35,800 nt of DNA from Octopus bimaculoides (GCF_001194135.2 NC_068996.1:37407103-37442902), one strand, 5' to 3'. Shown: positions 21,228 to 33,000, numbered from the stretch's first letter. Made by a program: numbers and translations. The notes: a model not told the origin generated them from the sequence alone.

Positions 21228-21590
21228 CTCATAGCTTTGAGATTTCAATGATGCGATTGTTTATATTATAATGACATTGTAGGGTAGGTGCAAGAGGCCA
21301 GATCTGGCTGATTTAAATGTTAAAGGGGAAACATCTGAGGGGTTATCAAGATTTCACTCTGCATATGCTGTTGTGGTACTCTTCAATAGGGATGTATCTA
21401 TAGTTGTTGATCATTGGTGGTCAGCCTCTAATCCTCTAGCATTCAGATTGCTCTGTCAAATGTATTGCTTATTTATTTACATTGCTTTGAATTAATCAAG
21501 CATCTCGTAGCTTCGAGATTTCAATGGTGTAATGGTTCATTTTTAGAATAATATCCTAGGTATTCTAGAATAATATTCTAGGGTGGGTAT
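21228..21590 (+). mobile_element. Fragments of the piggyBac-like MITE family seen at 33556-34409
   Basis: taatcctctagcattcagatt.. and ..gatttaaatgttaaagggg termini; shared internal tctcatagctttgagatttcaatg. Confidence 0.55.
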
Positions 21591-21599
21591 ATATGTGTG

Positions 21600-22003
21600 T
21601 GTGTTTGTCCCCCCCTCCCCCCAATATCACTTGACAACCGATGCTGGTGTGTTTACGTCCCCTTAACTTAGCGATTCAGCAAAAAGAGACCGATAGAATA
21701 AGTACTATGCTTACAAAGAATAAGTCCTGGGGGCGATTTGCTTGACTAAAGGCGGTGCTCCAGCATGGCCGCAGTCAAATGACTGAAACAAGTAAAAGAG
21801 TATATATAAAGATATATTCTTTTTGTTTTTACTTGTTTCAATGATTTGACAGTGGCCATGCAGGAGTGCCATCTTTATTTGAACAAATCGACCCCCGGAC
21901 TTATTCTTTGTAAGCCTAGGACTTATTCTATCGGACTCTTTTGCCAAACCACTAAGTTACAGGGACATAAACACCCCAACATCGGTTGTCAAGACACACT
22001 AAT
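21600..22003. mobile_element. Tail-to-tail pair of CORE-SINE tails (21600-21800 +, 21825-22003 -)
   Basis: Family tail followed about 25 nt later by its reverse complement. Confidence 0.75.
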
Positions 22004-22037
22004 ACATACATATATATACATGACAGGATTCTTCCAC

Positions 22038-22598
22038 CAACATAACATGGCAGTCCTAGTTTAGGATGAATGTTGCTGTAATTTAGCCCCAGGAGACATC
22101 ATCTCCAGCTGGCTACACGACACAATCTGTGTCCTTATATTTTCAAACAAGGGAATCTAGCTCCCGCACTCAGCTCAAAACAATATCATGATTTCTGGGT
22201 TATTACCCTTCATCAGCACAGAATAATTGCTCGGCTAGAGGTGGCGCTGCCAAATTCCCATTTGAAATATATAGTTTTCAAAGTGACAACTAGTCACTGA
22301 TTTATAAATTAGAAAATTACTATTTGTAAATTTCATGAGAGATATTCAGCAACAGAACTTTGGAGTAAAGATTATTTGCCAGCATAACATGGCAGTCCTG
22401 ATTTGAAAATATAAGGACACAGATTGTGTCGTTTAGCCAGCTGGAGACGATGTCTCCTGGGGGCTAAATTACAGCAACATTCGTCCTAAATTAGGACTAC
22501 CATGTTATGTCGGCAAATAATCTTTACTCCAAAGTACTGTTCCTAAATATCTCTCTTTGTGAGATTTACAAAATAGATTTACAAAATTTTCTAATTTG
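22038..22598. mobile_element. Permuted direct + inverted repeat unit (Penelope-pLTR/retrozyme-like) containing a hammerhead motif
   Basis: cataacatggcagtcct direct repeat about 345 bp apart. 22038-22148 is inverted against about 22402-22510, and 22308-22401 against about 22490-22598. Confidence 0.7.
22184..22216 (-). ncRNA. Minimal hammerhead core with poor stem I
   Basis: Reverse complement CTGATGA-A-GGGT-AATA-ACCC-A-GAAA-T-CATG-A-TA. Palindrome ATCATGAT; stem I largely mismatched. Confidence 0.55.
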
Positions 22599-22793
22599 GG
22601 ATTCTTCTAGTTTTCCATCTACCAAATACCAATAATGACTACTGGAAACAGCTGTATGCCAAATTTGCTCCAAGAAAGGAATTATATGTATTGATCATTA
22701 TTGGCACCTTGGGCAAGTGTCTTCTACTATAGCTTCAAGCTGACCAAAGCCTTGTGAGTGGATTTGGTAGATGGAAACTGAAAGAAGCCCGTC

Positions 22794-22824
<31 letters not shown>

Positions 22825-22831
<7 letters not shown>

Positions 22832-24430
22832 TTTAATCAAAAGATTAAATGTGGTACTTAAAAATGTTTGAGGCACCAGAATTTGGTAGGATAAAAACCA
22901 AAANNNNNNNNNNNNNNNNNNNNNNNNNNNNNNNNNNNNNNNNNNNNNNNNNNNNNNNNNNNNNNNNNNNNNNNNNNNNNNNNNNNNNNNNNNNNNNNNN
23001 NNNNNNNNNNNNNNNNNNNNNNNNNNNNNNNNNNNNNNNNNNNNNNNNNNNNNNNNNNNNNNNNNNNNNNNNNNNNNNNNNNNNNNNNNNNNNNNNNNNN
23101 NNNNNNNNNNNNNNNNNNNNNNNNNNNNNNNNNNNNNNNNNNNNNNNNNNNNNNNNNNNNNNNNNNNNNNNNNNNNNNNNNNNNNNNNNNNNNNNNNNNN
23201 NNNNNNNNNNNNNNNNNNNNNNNNNNNNNNNNNNNNNNNNNNNNNNNNNNNNNNNNNNNNNNNNNNNNNNNNNNNNNNNNNNNNNNNNNNNNNNNNNNNN
23301 NNNNNNNNNNNNNNNNNNNNNNNNNNNNNNNNNNNNNNNNNNNNNNNNNNNNNNNNNNNNNNNNNNNNNNNNNNNNNNNNNNNNNNNNNNNNNNNNNNNN
23401 NNNNNNNNNNNNNNNNNNNNNNNNNNNNNNNNNNNNNNNNNNNNNNNNNNNNNNNNNNNNNNNNNNNNNNNNNNNNNNNNNNNNNNNNNNNNNNNNNNNN
23501 NNNNNNNNNNNNNNNNNNNNNNNNNNNNNNNNNNNNNNNNNNNNNNNNNNNNNNNNNNNNNNNNNNNNNNNNNNNNNNNNNNNNNNNNNNNNNNNNNNNN
23601 NNNNNNNNNNNNNNNNNNNNNNNNNNNNNNNNNNNNNNNNNNNNNNNNNNNNNNNNNNNNNNNNNNNNNNNNNNNNNNNNNNNNNNNNNNNNNNNNNNNN
23701 NNNNNNNNNNNNNNNNNNNNNNNNNNNNNNNNNNNNNNNNNTTAAAATATTTAAAGGTGCGGGAGTAACAATGCACACATAGAACCCTAAGGTCAGATCT
23801 ATTGTTAATTAGACCAGGATTATCCTTAAGTTTAAACATTTCGTAAATTTCCATAGAGCACAGTCCACAGCCATATCTACTATTTCTATAAGGTTGTGCT
23901 CTCCTGACGATTTCCCATTTAAGATTAAAATCGATACCATTTTCCTTCAATTCCCAAATTTTATTAGATAATGATGTGCTATTGGCTTTATGTTTAAGTT
24001 TAAATGAAGAAAAATAGTTATATAATCGTTGTTTAAGGTTGATTGTGCAACTAACATAAATGAAATTATTAGTTGGAGTAGTTACTGTACATTTATAGAC
24101 TACATTACGGGTTAAACAACGGCCAGATACCAGACAGTGCACTTTAATTCTACAATTGCAATTAAGGGGCTTATTAGCTATATATATATTGCTATGTTGA
24201 TTATTGATACAAGTATCTAAATTAGTTACATCAATATTGCTGGTTGTATTATTAGATATGCAATTGATATTGTTTGAGCTAGGAAGATTTATCTCATCAA
24301 CTATGTTAACAGTTGAAGTATTAATATGTTCATGATGATGATGATTAACTACTAAATTTGAAAATTACTACTATCCCTCCAATTAGATTTTAAATTCTTG
24401 TTTGATTCACTTGTCTGTGGAACAGCAGCA
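22825..24430 (-). mobile_element. Penelope-like element 3' half (CxCx5Cx5C + GIY-YIG), spanning a gap
   Basis: CNCRIKVHCLVSGRCLTRNVVYKCTV..FIYVSCT..KQRLYNY..STSLSNKIWELK..LKWEIV..CGLC in 23742-24170. Boundaries are approximate. Confidence 0.82.
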
Positions 24431-24479
24431 TAGTCGAGATGGTATGTTTTCTTCTCTTACTCTTGTTTTTTGTATGTGT

Positions 24480-24680
24480 GTGTCTGTGTCCCCCCCTCCC
24501 CAACATCGGCTTGACAACCAATGCTGGTGTGTTTACATCCCCATAAATTTAGCGGTTCGGCAAAAGAGACCAATAGAATAAGTACTAGGCTTCCAAAGAA
24601 TAAGTTCTGGGGTCGATTTGCTCAATTAAAGGTGATACTCCAGCATGGCCACAGTCAAATGACTGAAACAAGTGAAAGAG
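24480..24680 (+). mobile_element. CORE-SINE tail
   Basis: Near-consensus ccccaacatcggcttgacaacc..ccagcatggccacagtcaaatgactgaaacaagtgaaagag. Confidence 0.8.
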
Positions 24681-24729
24681 TATATATATATATATATATA
24701 TATATTATAAGGCAACCATGCTAACCATT

Positions 24730-25840
24730 GATCTAGAGAAGAAATTTCAGGTGTGGAAGCAAGGCCTGGAATCTTAGCAAAAACCAAAGTCCTAATAAGT
24801 AGGAAAACAGACAAATCACAAGTCTCTTCTAGGAGACGGTCCTTCTTGATATGTAAGAGGGTGTTGGTAGAAACTCCATACATTGTATCCAGTGCAAACT
24901 TTGGACACATAAGAGGTGTAGCATATCACAGGAATGTTAACAGAGAAAGTAGTCTTCATATGTGGCAAATGTGCAGGTACATGAGCATTAAAACTGCACA
25001 GACAATAGACTCCTTCAAATACTCAGGAGGATCATTAAAAGTAGAAGATAGGTTCTGTTACCTAGGAGACTAAGTTAGCAGTGAAGGCAGATGTTCTGAA
25101 AGTGTTGTAACGTAATTTGTTACATACAATAAATCTCTTTACGAACCAACAATCAATATTCCTTGTGAACTAACCAACTGGTAACTTCCGACTCACTGCA
25201 AACTAACATGGATTTCACTCGACTTCGAACTCTGAACCGTGAACTCACTTGAATCATTACTATTTATATTTTACTTAGACCAGTCTATCTCTTGCAAGGG
25301 GGTATCGTAACTCTCATCACAACAGAAAGTGTAGTTGCCAGAATAAGAACAGGCTAGGTAAAGTTCAGAGAGCTTCTACCTTTGTTTGTAACTAAGGGCC
25401 TCTCCCTCAGAGTGAAAGGCATATTGTACGTACAGCTATGTTACATGGCAGTGAAACATGGGCTTTGACTACAGAGGACTTGCAAAGGCTTGAAAGCAAT
25501 AAAGCTAGCATGTTCTGCTGGATGGGAAATGTCAGTGTGCATGGACAACAGAGTGTAAATGATTTAAGAGAGAAGCTGGGTATAAGAGGCATCAGATGTT
25601 GTATGCAAGGGTGAAAACTGCACTGATTTGGTCGTTTGATGTGTATGGATGAAGACAGCTGCATAATGAAGTGCCAAGCTTTAATTGTGCAGGGTACCTA
25701 TGGGAGGGATAGACCCAGGACAATATGAGATGAAGTGGTGAGAAAGGATCTTCAGACGCTGAACCTCACTGAAGAAATGACAAGGGACTGGAAGACATGG
25801 CGGTTTTCTGTACTTGATAAGATGTATCAAGCTAAGTAAA
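24730..25840 (+). mobile_element. RTE-clade LINE fragment (post-RT region, Cys-rich insert, C-terminus), interrupted by a solo LTR
   Basis: LAKTKVL, CKLWTHKRCS, DRFCYLGD, KFRELLP..KGLSLRVKG. Homologous to 30480-31200 on the - strand. Confidence 0.82.
25103..25324. mobile_element. Solo LTR (222 bp) with 5-bp target-site duplication GAAAG
   Basis: TGTTGT...ACAACA termini; GAAAG at 25098-25102 and 25325-25329. Excision restores the RTE frame SESVVARIRT. Confidence 0.8.
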
Positions 25841-26139
25841 ACCGCGCTCTCCCACACATATAGTGTTATATGGACTGTTGGATAGGTGTTCGTCTGACGT
25901 CTCGTGTGTCAATGTGGTTCGTCTGAGTTCATTGTTTCATTGTTGTTGTTCTGAATGACTGGGGTAGTAAAATGTCATTGATATATATGGCGGACATGAC
26001 TCTTGTTTTATTAACATCGAACTTTCGGTGAGTGCGTTCTTTGTATGTAATTGAATAATAAATGTAATAATTAAATTGTACAACTCATTGTCTTTTCTCT
26101 GCGAGTATCCCGAGAGGAATACAACATATAGGTTTGTCC

Positions 26140-26375
26140 TTTCAGGTGCCAGTGCCACATAAAAAGCATCCGTACTGCCTAAATGCACCTATGCATGTGG
26201 TACGTAAAAAGCACCCAGCACACTCTGTTAAGTAAGTGGTTGGCATTAGGAAGGGTATCTAGCTGTTGAAACAACAGACAATTGGAGTCAGAACAGCTCC
26301 TTTACTGGCCAGCTCCATGCCAAACCATCCAACCCATATCAGCATGGAAAACAGACATTAAATGATGATGATGGT
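26140..26375 (+). mobile_element. RTE-type 3' end
   Basis: Core tggttggcattaggaagggtatctagctg and tail ..cagcatggaaaacagacattaaatgatgatgatg. Confidence 0.7.
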
Positions 26376-26769
26376 ATATTGTTATGTTTGGTGATGGTTA
26401 TTTTTTTTTTTTTTTTAGCCAATTAACCACACACACAGTATACTTGGTTTTTACTTCAGCTTTATTATTATTCTTATTTTAGCATCCTTTGTCTGAAATT
26501 TTTTGTCGCATATCCTGCTTAGATCATTCTGTCAGTTTGGACAGTTTGACATATATGTATAATATATATGTGCGTGTGTGTGTATGTATATAATTTCTTA
26601 AGTAATGAAAAAATGGATTTGGTATTAATCTTCATTTTGTATAATGGTAGCTTTGACCCATCCTGCTATTGTTCCTTATGGGTGGGACTCCTTTCAACAT
26701 GTTGTATTGTATAAATTTTGCAGTCTGGGTCTCATTAGGTACATCTATACATAAAGGTTATATATATAT

Positions 26770-27860
26770 ATCATTGTCATCACTTTACACCCATTCCCAT
26801 ATCGGCATGGGTTAGACAGTTTGACAAGAGCTCGCAAGCCAGTTGACTGTGGCAAGCTCCAGTGTCTCCTTTGGCTTGGTTTCTGCAGTTGGATCCCCTT
26901 TCCTAACACTAACCGCTTTACAGAGTGTACTGGGTGTTTCCCATGCTGTATGGGTTTGCTGTGTTCGCATTGCTTTCCCCACCACCCATCTGAATAAAAC
27001 TTTCAAACTGTGTCCCCACTCACTTCTTTGTTTTAGCACTACATATGTATATATGTATGTATGTACATACATCATTTAATGTCTGTTTTCCACGTTGGCA
27101 TGGATTGGACAGTTTGACCAGAGCTGGCAAACTGGAGAGCTTTTACCAGGTTCCAGTCTGATTTGGCTTGGTTTCTACAACTGGATGCCCTTCCTAGTGC
27201 CTACCATTTTACAGAGTGTGCTGGATGTTTTTTAAGTGGTACCAGCACAGGTGCTATTTATGTGGATTGGCACAGTTGCTTTTTACACGAACCAGTATGG
27301 GTGCTTTTTACATGGTCCTGAATGAGTGCTTTGTTCATGGACCAGCACAGGTGTGTTTTGCATGGACCAGCACAGGTGTGTTTTGCATGGACCAAGCATG
27401 GATGCTTTTTATGTAGACCAGCATAGGTGCTTTTACATGGACTGGCATGGATGCCTTTTATGTGAACCAGCTCAAGGACTCTTCAAGGCAAAAACTCCTT
27501 CAGCTGGGAGGGGAATGTTAATAATTCTGCTGTGGTGGGTGGGTGGCTCTTCTTGAGTACATTAAAGCACCAGGTATTTGTCATCCTTTGTCATCTTCTT
27601 CATAAGACTGATTGTCATGAGATTGGCCTTCAGTATTTCATCCCATGTCTTCCTGGGTCTCCCTTTTCCACTGGTTCCATCTATTTTAAGTAATTGGCAC
27701 TTTCTTTGTGCAGTTGTGTACATCCCTCCTCATCACATGATGAAACCAGCACAGTCTTCTCTCTTGCACATTACATCTAATTCCTCTTATGCTTAACTTT
27801 TCTCTCAATACACTAGCACTCTGTTGCACGTGTACAACTATATTGCACTTCCAGTGGAGC
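26770..27860 (-). mobile_element. Two RTE-type pieces: 3' end (about 26770-26960) and C-terminal ORF + 3' UTR (about 27070-27860) containing a 25-bp minisatellite
   Basis: Reverse translation includes GTSGKGRPRKTWDEI. Core and tail as above; ggaccagcacaggtgtgttttgcat-type units at about 27237-27475. Confidence 0.72.
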
Positions 27861-27881
27861 ATAGTAGCTTCATATGCACAT

Positions 27882-27938
<57 letters not shown>

Positions 27939-28045
27939 ACATTTTATATATGTTTACAACTGTATGTATCAGTCATAATATATACACTTTTGTTAGCAGC
28001 AATTCTAATTATGATATTTGTCTCTTTATATATTTCACTTTATAG

Positions 28046-28490
28046 ATTACGAGGTTACAAGTGTGAAAGTGGAAAAATTGAAGAACAAGAAAGATTTTTG
28101 AAAAGAATGACTGGTATCATGCGGTTATATGCTGCAATAATAGTTTCACCACTGCCTATTGGAAGTACTAAACCTCACCCTCACGGAATTGAAAACAGCT
28201 GGATTTGGATAACAAGAACTCTGAATGTGGAACCTGAGCCTGACATTACAGCTGCAATGATCTATAATATCCTCGAAGTCACTGGTCATTCGCTGTTTCT
28301 GTATTACCAGAAACCATTTCAGAAATTGCTTCACATACTAATAACTGAATTCCTTCCCAAAATCAAAGCTGTTAGTGTTTCTGCTGGATCGGTGTCGAGA
28401 CTTGAAACATTTCTTGAGGCTAACATAAACAACAAAGGCCAAATAGCTGCACCATATGGATATTTAACCAGTTCCTTCTGGCTTAGCTAA
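28046..28490 (+). CDS. GLE1: GLE1 terminal coding exon: (K)LRGYKCESGKIEEQERFLKRMTGIMRLYAAII...LTSSFWLS*
   Basis: tttatag acceptor; AA|A completes a Lys codon. Strong similarity to the human GLE1B C-terminus (FLKRMSGMIRLYAAII, HPHG, LEVCG, LTSSFWRS). TAA stop ends at 28490. Confidence 0.95.
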
Positions 28491-28635
28491 CATAAATTTT
28501 ACATTTTAGACAATTTGTACATATGTCATTAGTTTTTACTCCTCTCAAACGTTACTATTTTTTTTAATAATTCTTGTCTAATTTTAAATATATGAAATCT
28601 TTTATTATTTATTTATAATTTTTTTATTTGTTTCA

Positions 28636-28641
28636 AATAAA
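28636..28641 (+). promoter_or_regulatory. Candidate GLE1 polyadenylation signal AATAAA (second candidate at 28824-28829)
   Basis: AATAAA about 145 nt after the stop, followed by T/GT-rich sequence. The motif is common in AT-rich DNA. Confidence 0.45.
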
Positions 28642-29254
28642 ACGTCTTTGTTTTAGTCATTATGAAGCACAGGTTTAATGTTCAAAGGTGCTTTGTAAGT
28701 TCAGTTTACCAGTAACATAATTTCAGAAATTGTTTAATTTCAGTTTTTAAATGAAGTGATTCATGCATCTAACTGAAAACAGGTGCTCTTACAATTTGTA
28801 AATATATAAATTTAAATTATATAAATAAATATACATATTTCTTATTACATCTGTAATAATGTTTGCCTGTCCACTCATTTTTCTCTTTACTATTATTTTG
28901 ATATTGCTAAGTAAGGTTGCTGGAATTGATAGTTGCTCATTATAAACCTAGGGTTCACCATTTTGTTTACAATTATCACCATCACCATTATTGTTTTTAC
29001 ATCCACTTTTCAATGCTTGCATGCATCAGATGGAATTTGTCGAGGTGGATTTTCTATGGCCCAATGCTCTTCTTGTCACCAGCTGTCACCTGTTTCCAAG
29101 TAAGATAGTTACTTCCCACAACGAGACAGGTTTTCACAGAAGATTGTAAATGAATGACTCTGCTTATATGACAGTGACACTTTTTTACAACTATCATGTG
29201 AAGTCAAGGCAAGGAGTCAACACACACACACATATGATAGGCTGCTTTACATTT

Positions 29255-31797
29255 CATCATCATCATCATCATCATCATCATTGTTTGACGTCCACCTTCC
29301 ATACTGGCATGGGTGGAGCAGTACCACAAGAGCCAGTCAGGCTGAAGCCTGCACCAGACTTCTGTGACTTTTGGCAGGATTTTTACAGCTGGATGCCCTT
29401 CCTAACACCAACCACCCAGCAGAGTAGATTTAGTTCTTTTTATGTGGCACAAGCACAGACGAGATCAGTTTTGGCAAGGTTTTTACAGTTGGATGCCCTT
29501 CTGAACACCAACCACTTTACAGTGTGGACTGGGTGCTTTTAAGTGGCACCTGCACTGACAGGGTCACCAAGTACTTGCAAGACAAAAAAGAAATTTCAAG
29601 AGGCGGGGGACATTGGAGGAAGTAATCTTGTGTCAGATGATGAAAGGTTATAGTGAGGCAGAAACAGGTGTCTTGCTGTAGAGGAAGTACAAGGTTACCT
29701 GGCTGGAGAGAGATCAGGAATGAAAGCAAAAGGTGCGCTACCACAAAGGAAATGCATGGTTACCCAACCTGAGGGAAGTGCAGGAGATGGAGAGAGAGAA
29801 AGAGTGGGAGACAGCAGGATAGAGATATGGCAAAATGCTGGTCTTACAAGGGACGGGAATCAAAATATGAGATGGTTGAGTAAAGGAAAAGATAGATATA
29901 GATGGTGGCAAGTACCAGGGCATACCTTTGAGGTTCAAACACCATAATATAAGTGGCAGGATATTGCAAAGGGAGTGTGAGTAAGTGGCAAAAGACCTGG
30001 GTATATATAGAGTTGGAGGGGCTACTGGGTAGCAATGATACAGAGGAACAGGGGTGTGAGGGCACGATTGGGGAGTGAGAGCTAGGCATAGTGTATGAAG
30101 GAGGAAATGCGAGAAAGAGAAGAGATGTAAATTGGTTTATTGGGGTAGGGTGAGTGAAAAGTTTTCTTGTTATGTGTGGGTGGAACATCCAGGTCAGGGG
30201 CTAGAAGATGGCAATAATAGAGTGAGACAAGGCATGTGGGTAGAACGCATAGGTTGGGACAAATGGAGAGCAATGATACAGCGGCACAGGTTCAAGAGGA
30301 CAGGATTGGGGGTGGGAGGTAATCACAGTACACGAAGCGGAAATGTGAGGAAGAGAAAGGATATAGTTTGGTTTGTTGTGGTAGAGTGTGTGAGAAGAAT
30401 TCTTGTTAAGTGTGGGTGGGACACCCAGCATTTCTAGAACTCAGTTTCACTGATATGGACAGGTCTTCTCAAGAACTTCATATCACCAGGCATCTCAGTC
30501 CATTGTCATTTCCTCCAAGAGGTCCAACTTCCTGAGATCAGTCCTTACCACTTCATCCCATGTCTTCTTGGGTCTCCCTCTTCTACAGGTGCCATCCACT
30601 TTCAGTGATTGGCACTTCTTTATACAGCTGTCCTCATTCATACGCATCACATGTCCAAACCAATGTAGTCGTCTCTCTTGCATGCTGCATCTGATTCCTC
30701 TTATGCCCAACTTTTCTCTCCAGTCTACACATGTCTTCTCCATTCATAGCCCATGACTCACTACCATGGAGAATAGCCGTTTGTACACAAGCATCATATA
30801 GTCTACCTTTTACTCTGAGAGAGAGTCTTTTTGTTGCCAACAGAAGCAATAGTTCTCTGAACTTCCTCCAACCAGTTCTCATTCTAGAAACAATACTTTC
30901 AGAACATCCCCCACCATTGCTAATTTGGTCACCTAGGTAACAGAAACCATCTACAACCTCAAGAGAGCCTCCTGGGCATTTGAGAGAATCTAATTCCCAT
31001 GTGCTCTTAGTGATTATTGTTTCTGCACATCTGCCACATACAAAGACTACTCTGTTAATCTGTTAATTTACCTGTGATACCACTGCACCTCTTATGTGTC
31101 CATAGTTTACACTGAGTGCAGTGAATGGAATTTCTTCCAACTGCTTTCCTACATATAGATCAGGGCCATTTACCTGACAGAAAGAAAGTTTTATCTTCTT
31201 TCTTACTAACAACCACTTTTGTCTTAGCTAGGTTAACTTTAAGACCCTTTGATTCCAGGTTTTGTTTCCATACCAGGAATTTCTTCTCCAATTCTGCTAA
31301 AGATTCTGCAATAAGTGCAAGATTATCAGCATAAAGTAGTTCCCACAGGCACCCAGTTTTGAATTCCTCTGTTATGGCCTGGAGGACTATAATGAAAAAG
31401 AGTGAGTTGAGAACTGAGCCCTGGTGAATCCCTGCCTGAATGCTGAATTCATCACTGTATTCATGGCTGATTCTCACTTTACTGACCACACCACTGTGCA
31501 TGATTTGGACAGCTCTAATAAGCCACTCTTCTACTAACTTCCTTAGAGTCCACCATATAACAGTGGGGAACTCTGTCAAAAGTTTTCGCCAGGTCGACAA
31601 AGGATAAGTACACAGGCTTGCTTTTGTCCAACTACTTTTCCTGCAGCTGTCTTGCTAAGAAGATAGCACCTGTGGTACTCTTCCAAAGTACAAAACCAAA
31701 CTGCATTTCATCTAGTTTAATTCTATTTCCTGTCAATTGAGCTATAGCCCTCTCAGAAATTTTCATGATTTGGTCTAGCAATTTAAATTCCTCTGTA
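29255..31797 (-). mobile_element. 5'-truncated RTE-clade LINE: RT, C-terminal region, purine-rich 3' UTR, core and (GAT)n tail
   Basis: YRGIKLLD..MQFGF, AGIHQGSVLNSLFF, ELLYADNLAL, GLKVNLAKTKV, RRLHWFGHVMRM, RGRPKKTWDEVV. Frameshifted. Confidence 0.88.
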
Positions 31798-31799
31798 GC

Positions 31800-32175
31800 T
31801 GTCTACCAAATCCACTCACAAATCTTTGGTCAATTTTGAGCTATAGTAGAAAACACCTGCCTAAAGTGTCAAGCAGTAGAACTGAGCCTGAAACCATGTG
31901 ATTGGGAAGCAATCTTCTTACCACAGGGCCAAGCTCACACCTATTCATATTTCGCAGTTTGTTAATCAATTTAGCTGATATTTTTTCTGAAGGGAACTAC
32001 ATTTCCATAGAATGAAATAGAAAGCTGCAGACATGACTCTGTGGTTAAGAATTTTGTTTTGCTTCACAACCATGCAGTTCTCTGGTTCAATCCCACTGAG
32101 GGCACCTTGGGCAAGTGTCTTCTACTTTAGATTGACAAAGCCTTGTGAGTGAATTTGATTGATGGAAACTGGAAA
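31800..32175. mobile_element. Two CORE-SINE heads, divergent (31800-31930 -, 32030-32175 +)
   Basis: Family motifs ctaccaaatccactcac.. and ggcaccttgggcaagtgtcttctac. Confidence 0.7.
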
Positions 32176-32214
32176 AAAAAAACATATTACAGTATATATA
32201 TGTATATATATATA

Positions 32215-32395
32215 GTTGGAATTTACAAAAAAAAACCCAAAAGACAAAGACAGGTGTGTAAGCTACAAACAGGTGTATTAGTTTAACACTCGGGAAGGTC
32301 AGAAAGTCTTTTACATTTCAAGCCTACACTCTTTAACAGACAGGAACACGAGAAAATACAATTTACGGATTGAGAGAAAACAGAGTAAGACTAAA
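32215..32395 (-). mobile_element. Inverted homolog of 8790-8945, degenerate hammerhead-like motif at 32306-32340
   Basis: Reverse complement tctgttaaagagtgtaggcttgaaatgtaaaagac vs tctgttgaagagcgtaggctcgaaacttaaatgac. Confidence 0.6.
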
Positions 32396-32764
32396 TGATA
32401 ATAGGAGAAAGCAGAAAGTACAAAAGATTTCAGAAAATTTCAAAAGGTTCAAACGTGGTGTATAAGAACGATTTCTCATCAATGGAAGAGTCCAGTGTAA
32501 TCCATGTGTATATAGAAGTGCAGAAAAAACCAGGTGGAAGTCCGAAGTGTAGAAAATTCCTGTTGTGTAAGCTGTGGTATTTGTTTGCAGTCTCCTGGGG
32601 AAATATCTTGTTGGCAACAAGTGAGAATAAGCTGCAGGAAGAACATCCTGCCATAGTAAAACCTGCCCTAACAAATCTCATCTAATTCATGTAAGTAAGG
32701 AAAATTAAGTGTCAAAACAATGATTATAATCACAAAGTTGTACTGAATTTATCACTGCTAGCCA

Positions 32765-33000
32765 GTCATCATAATCATTTAACGTCCGCTTTCTAAGCTG
32801 GCATGGGTTGGACAGTATGACATGAAGTTGGCTAGCAGAGAGCTGTCTGTTGAGGCATGGTTTCTACAACTGATGCCCTTCCTAATGCCAACCACTTAAC
32901 AGTGTACTGGGTGCTTTTTAAGTGCCACCATTACGGGTGTGTTTACACAGTGCCACTACAGGTGCTTTTTAAGTGGCACTGGCACCTGGAAGGACCAGCC
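32765..33000 (-). mobile_element. RTE-type 3' end
   Basis: catttaacgtccgctttctaagctggcatggg..gatgcccttcctaatgccaaccac. Confidence 0.7.

Noticed and set aside
924-23778. Long ORFs of 124-471 aa containing X runs
   Set aside because: They are open only because they cross N gaps. The real flanks are microsatellite or transposon sequence.
25540-27850. Strong dsRNA between inverted RTE C-terminal fragments near the last exon
   Set aside because: By eye the copies are only about two-thirds identical and 1.8 kb apart, so a stable duplex is doubtful.
27789-28045. N-terminal hydrophobic part of ORF 27789-28490 as a membrane protein
   Set aside because: It is intronic RTE, (TA)n/(GA)n and polypyrimidine sequence. 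Homology starts exactly at the acceptor.
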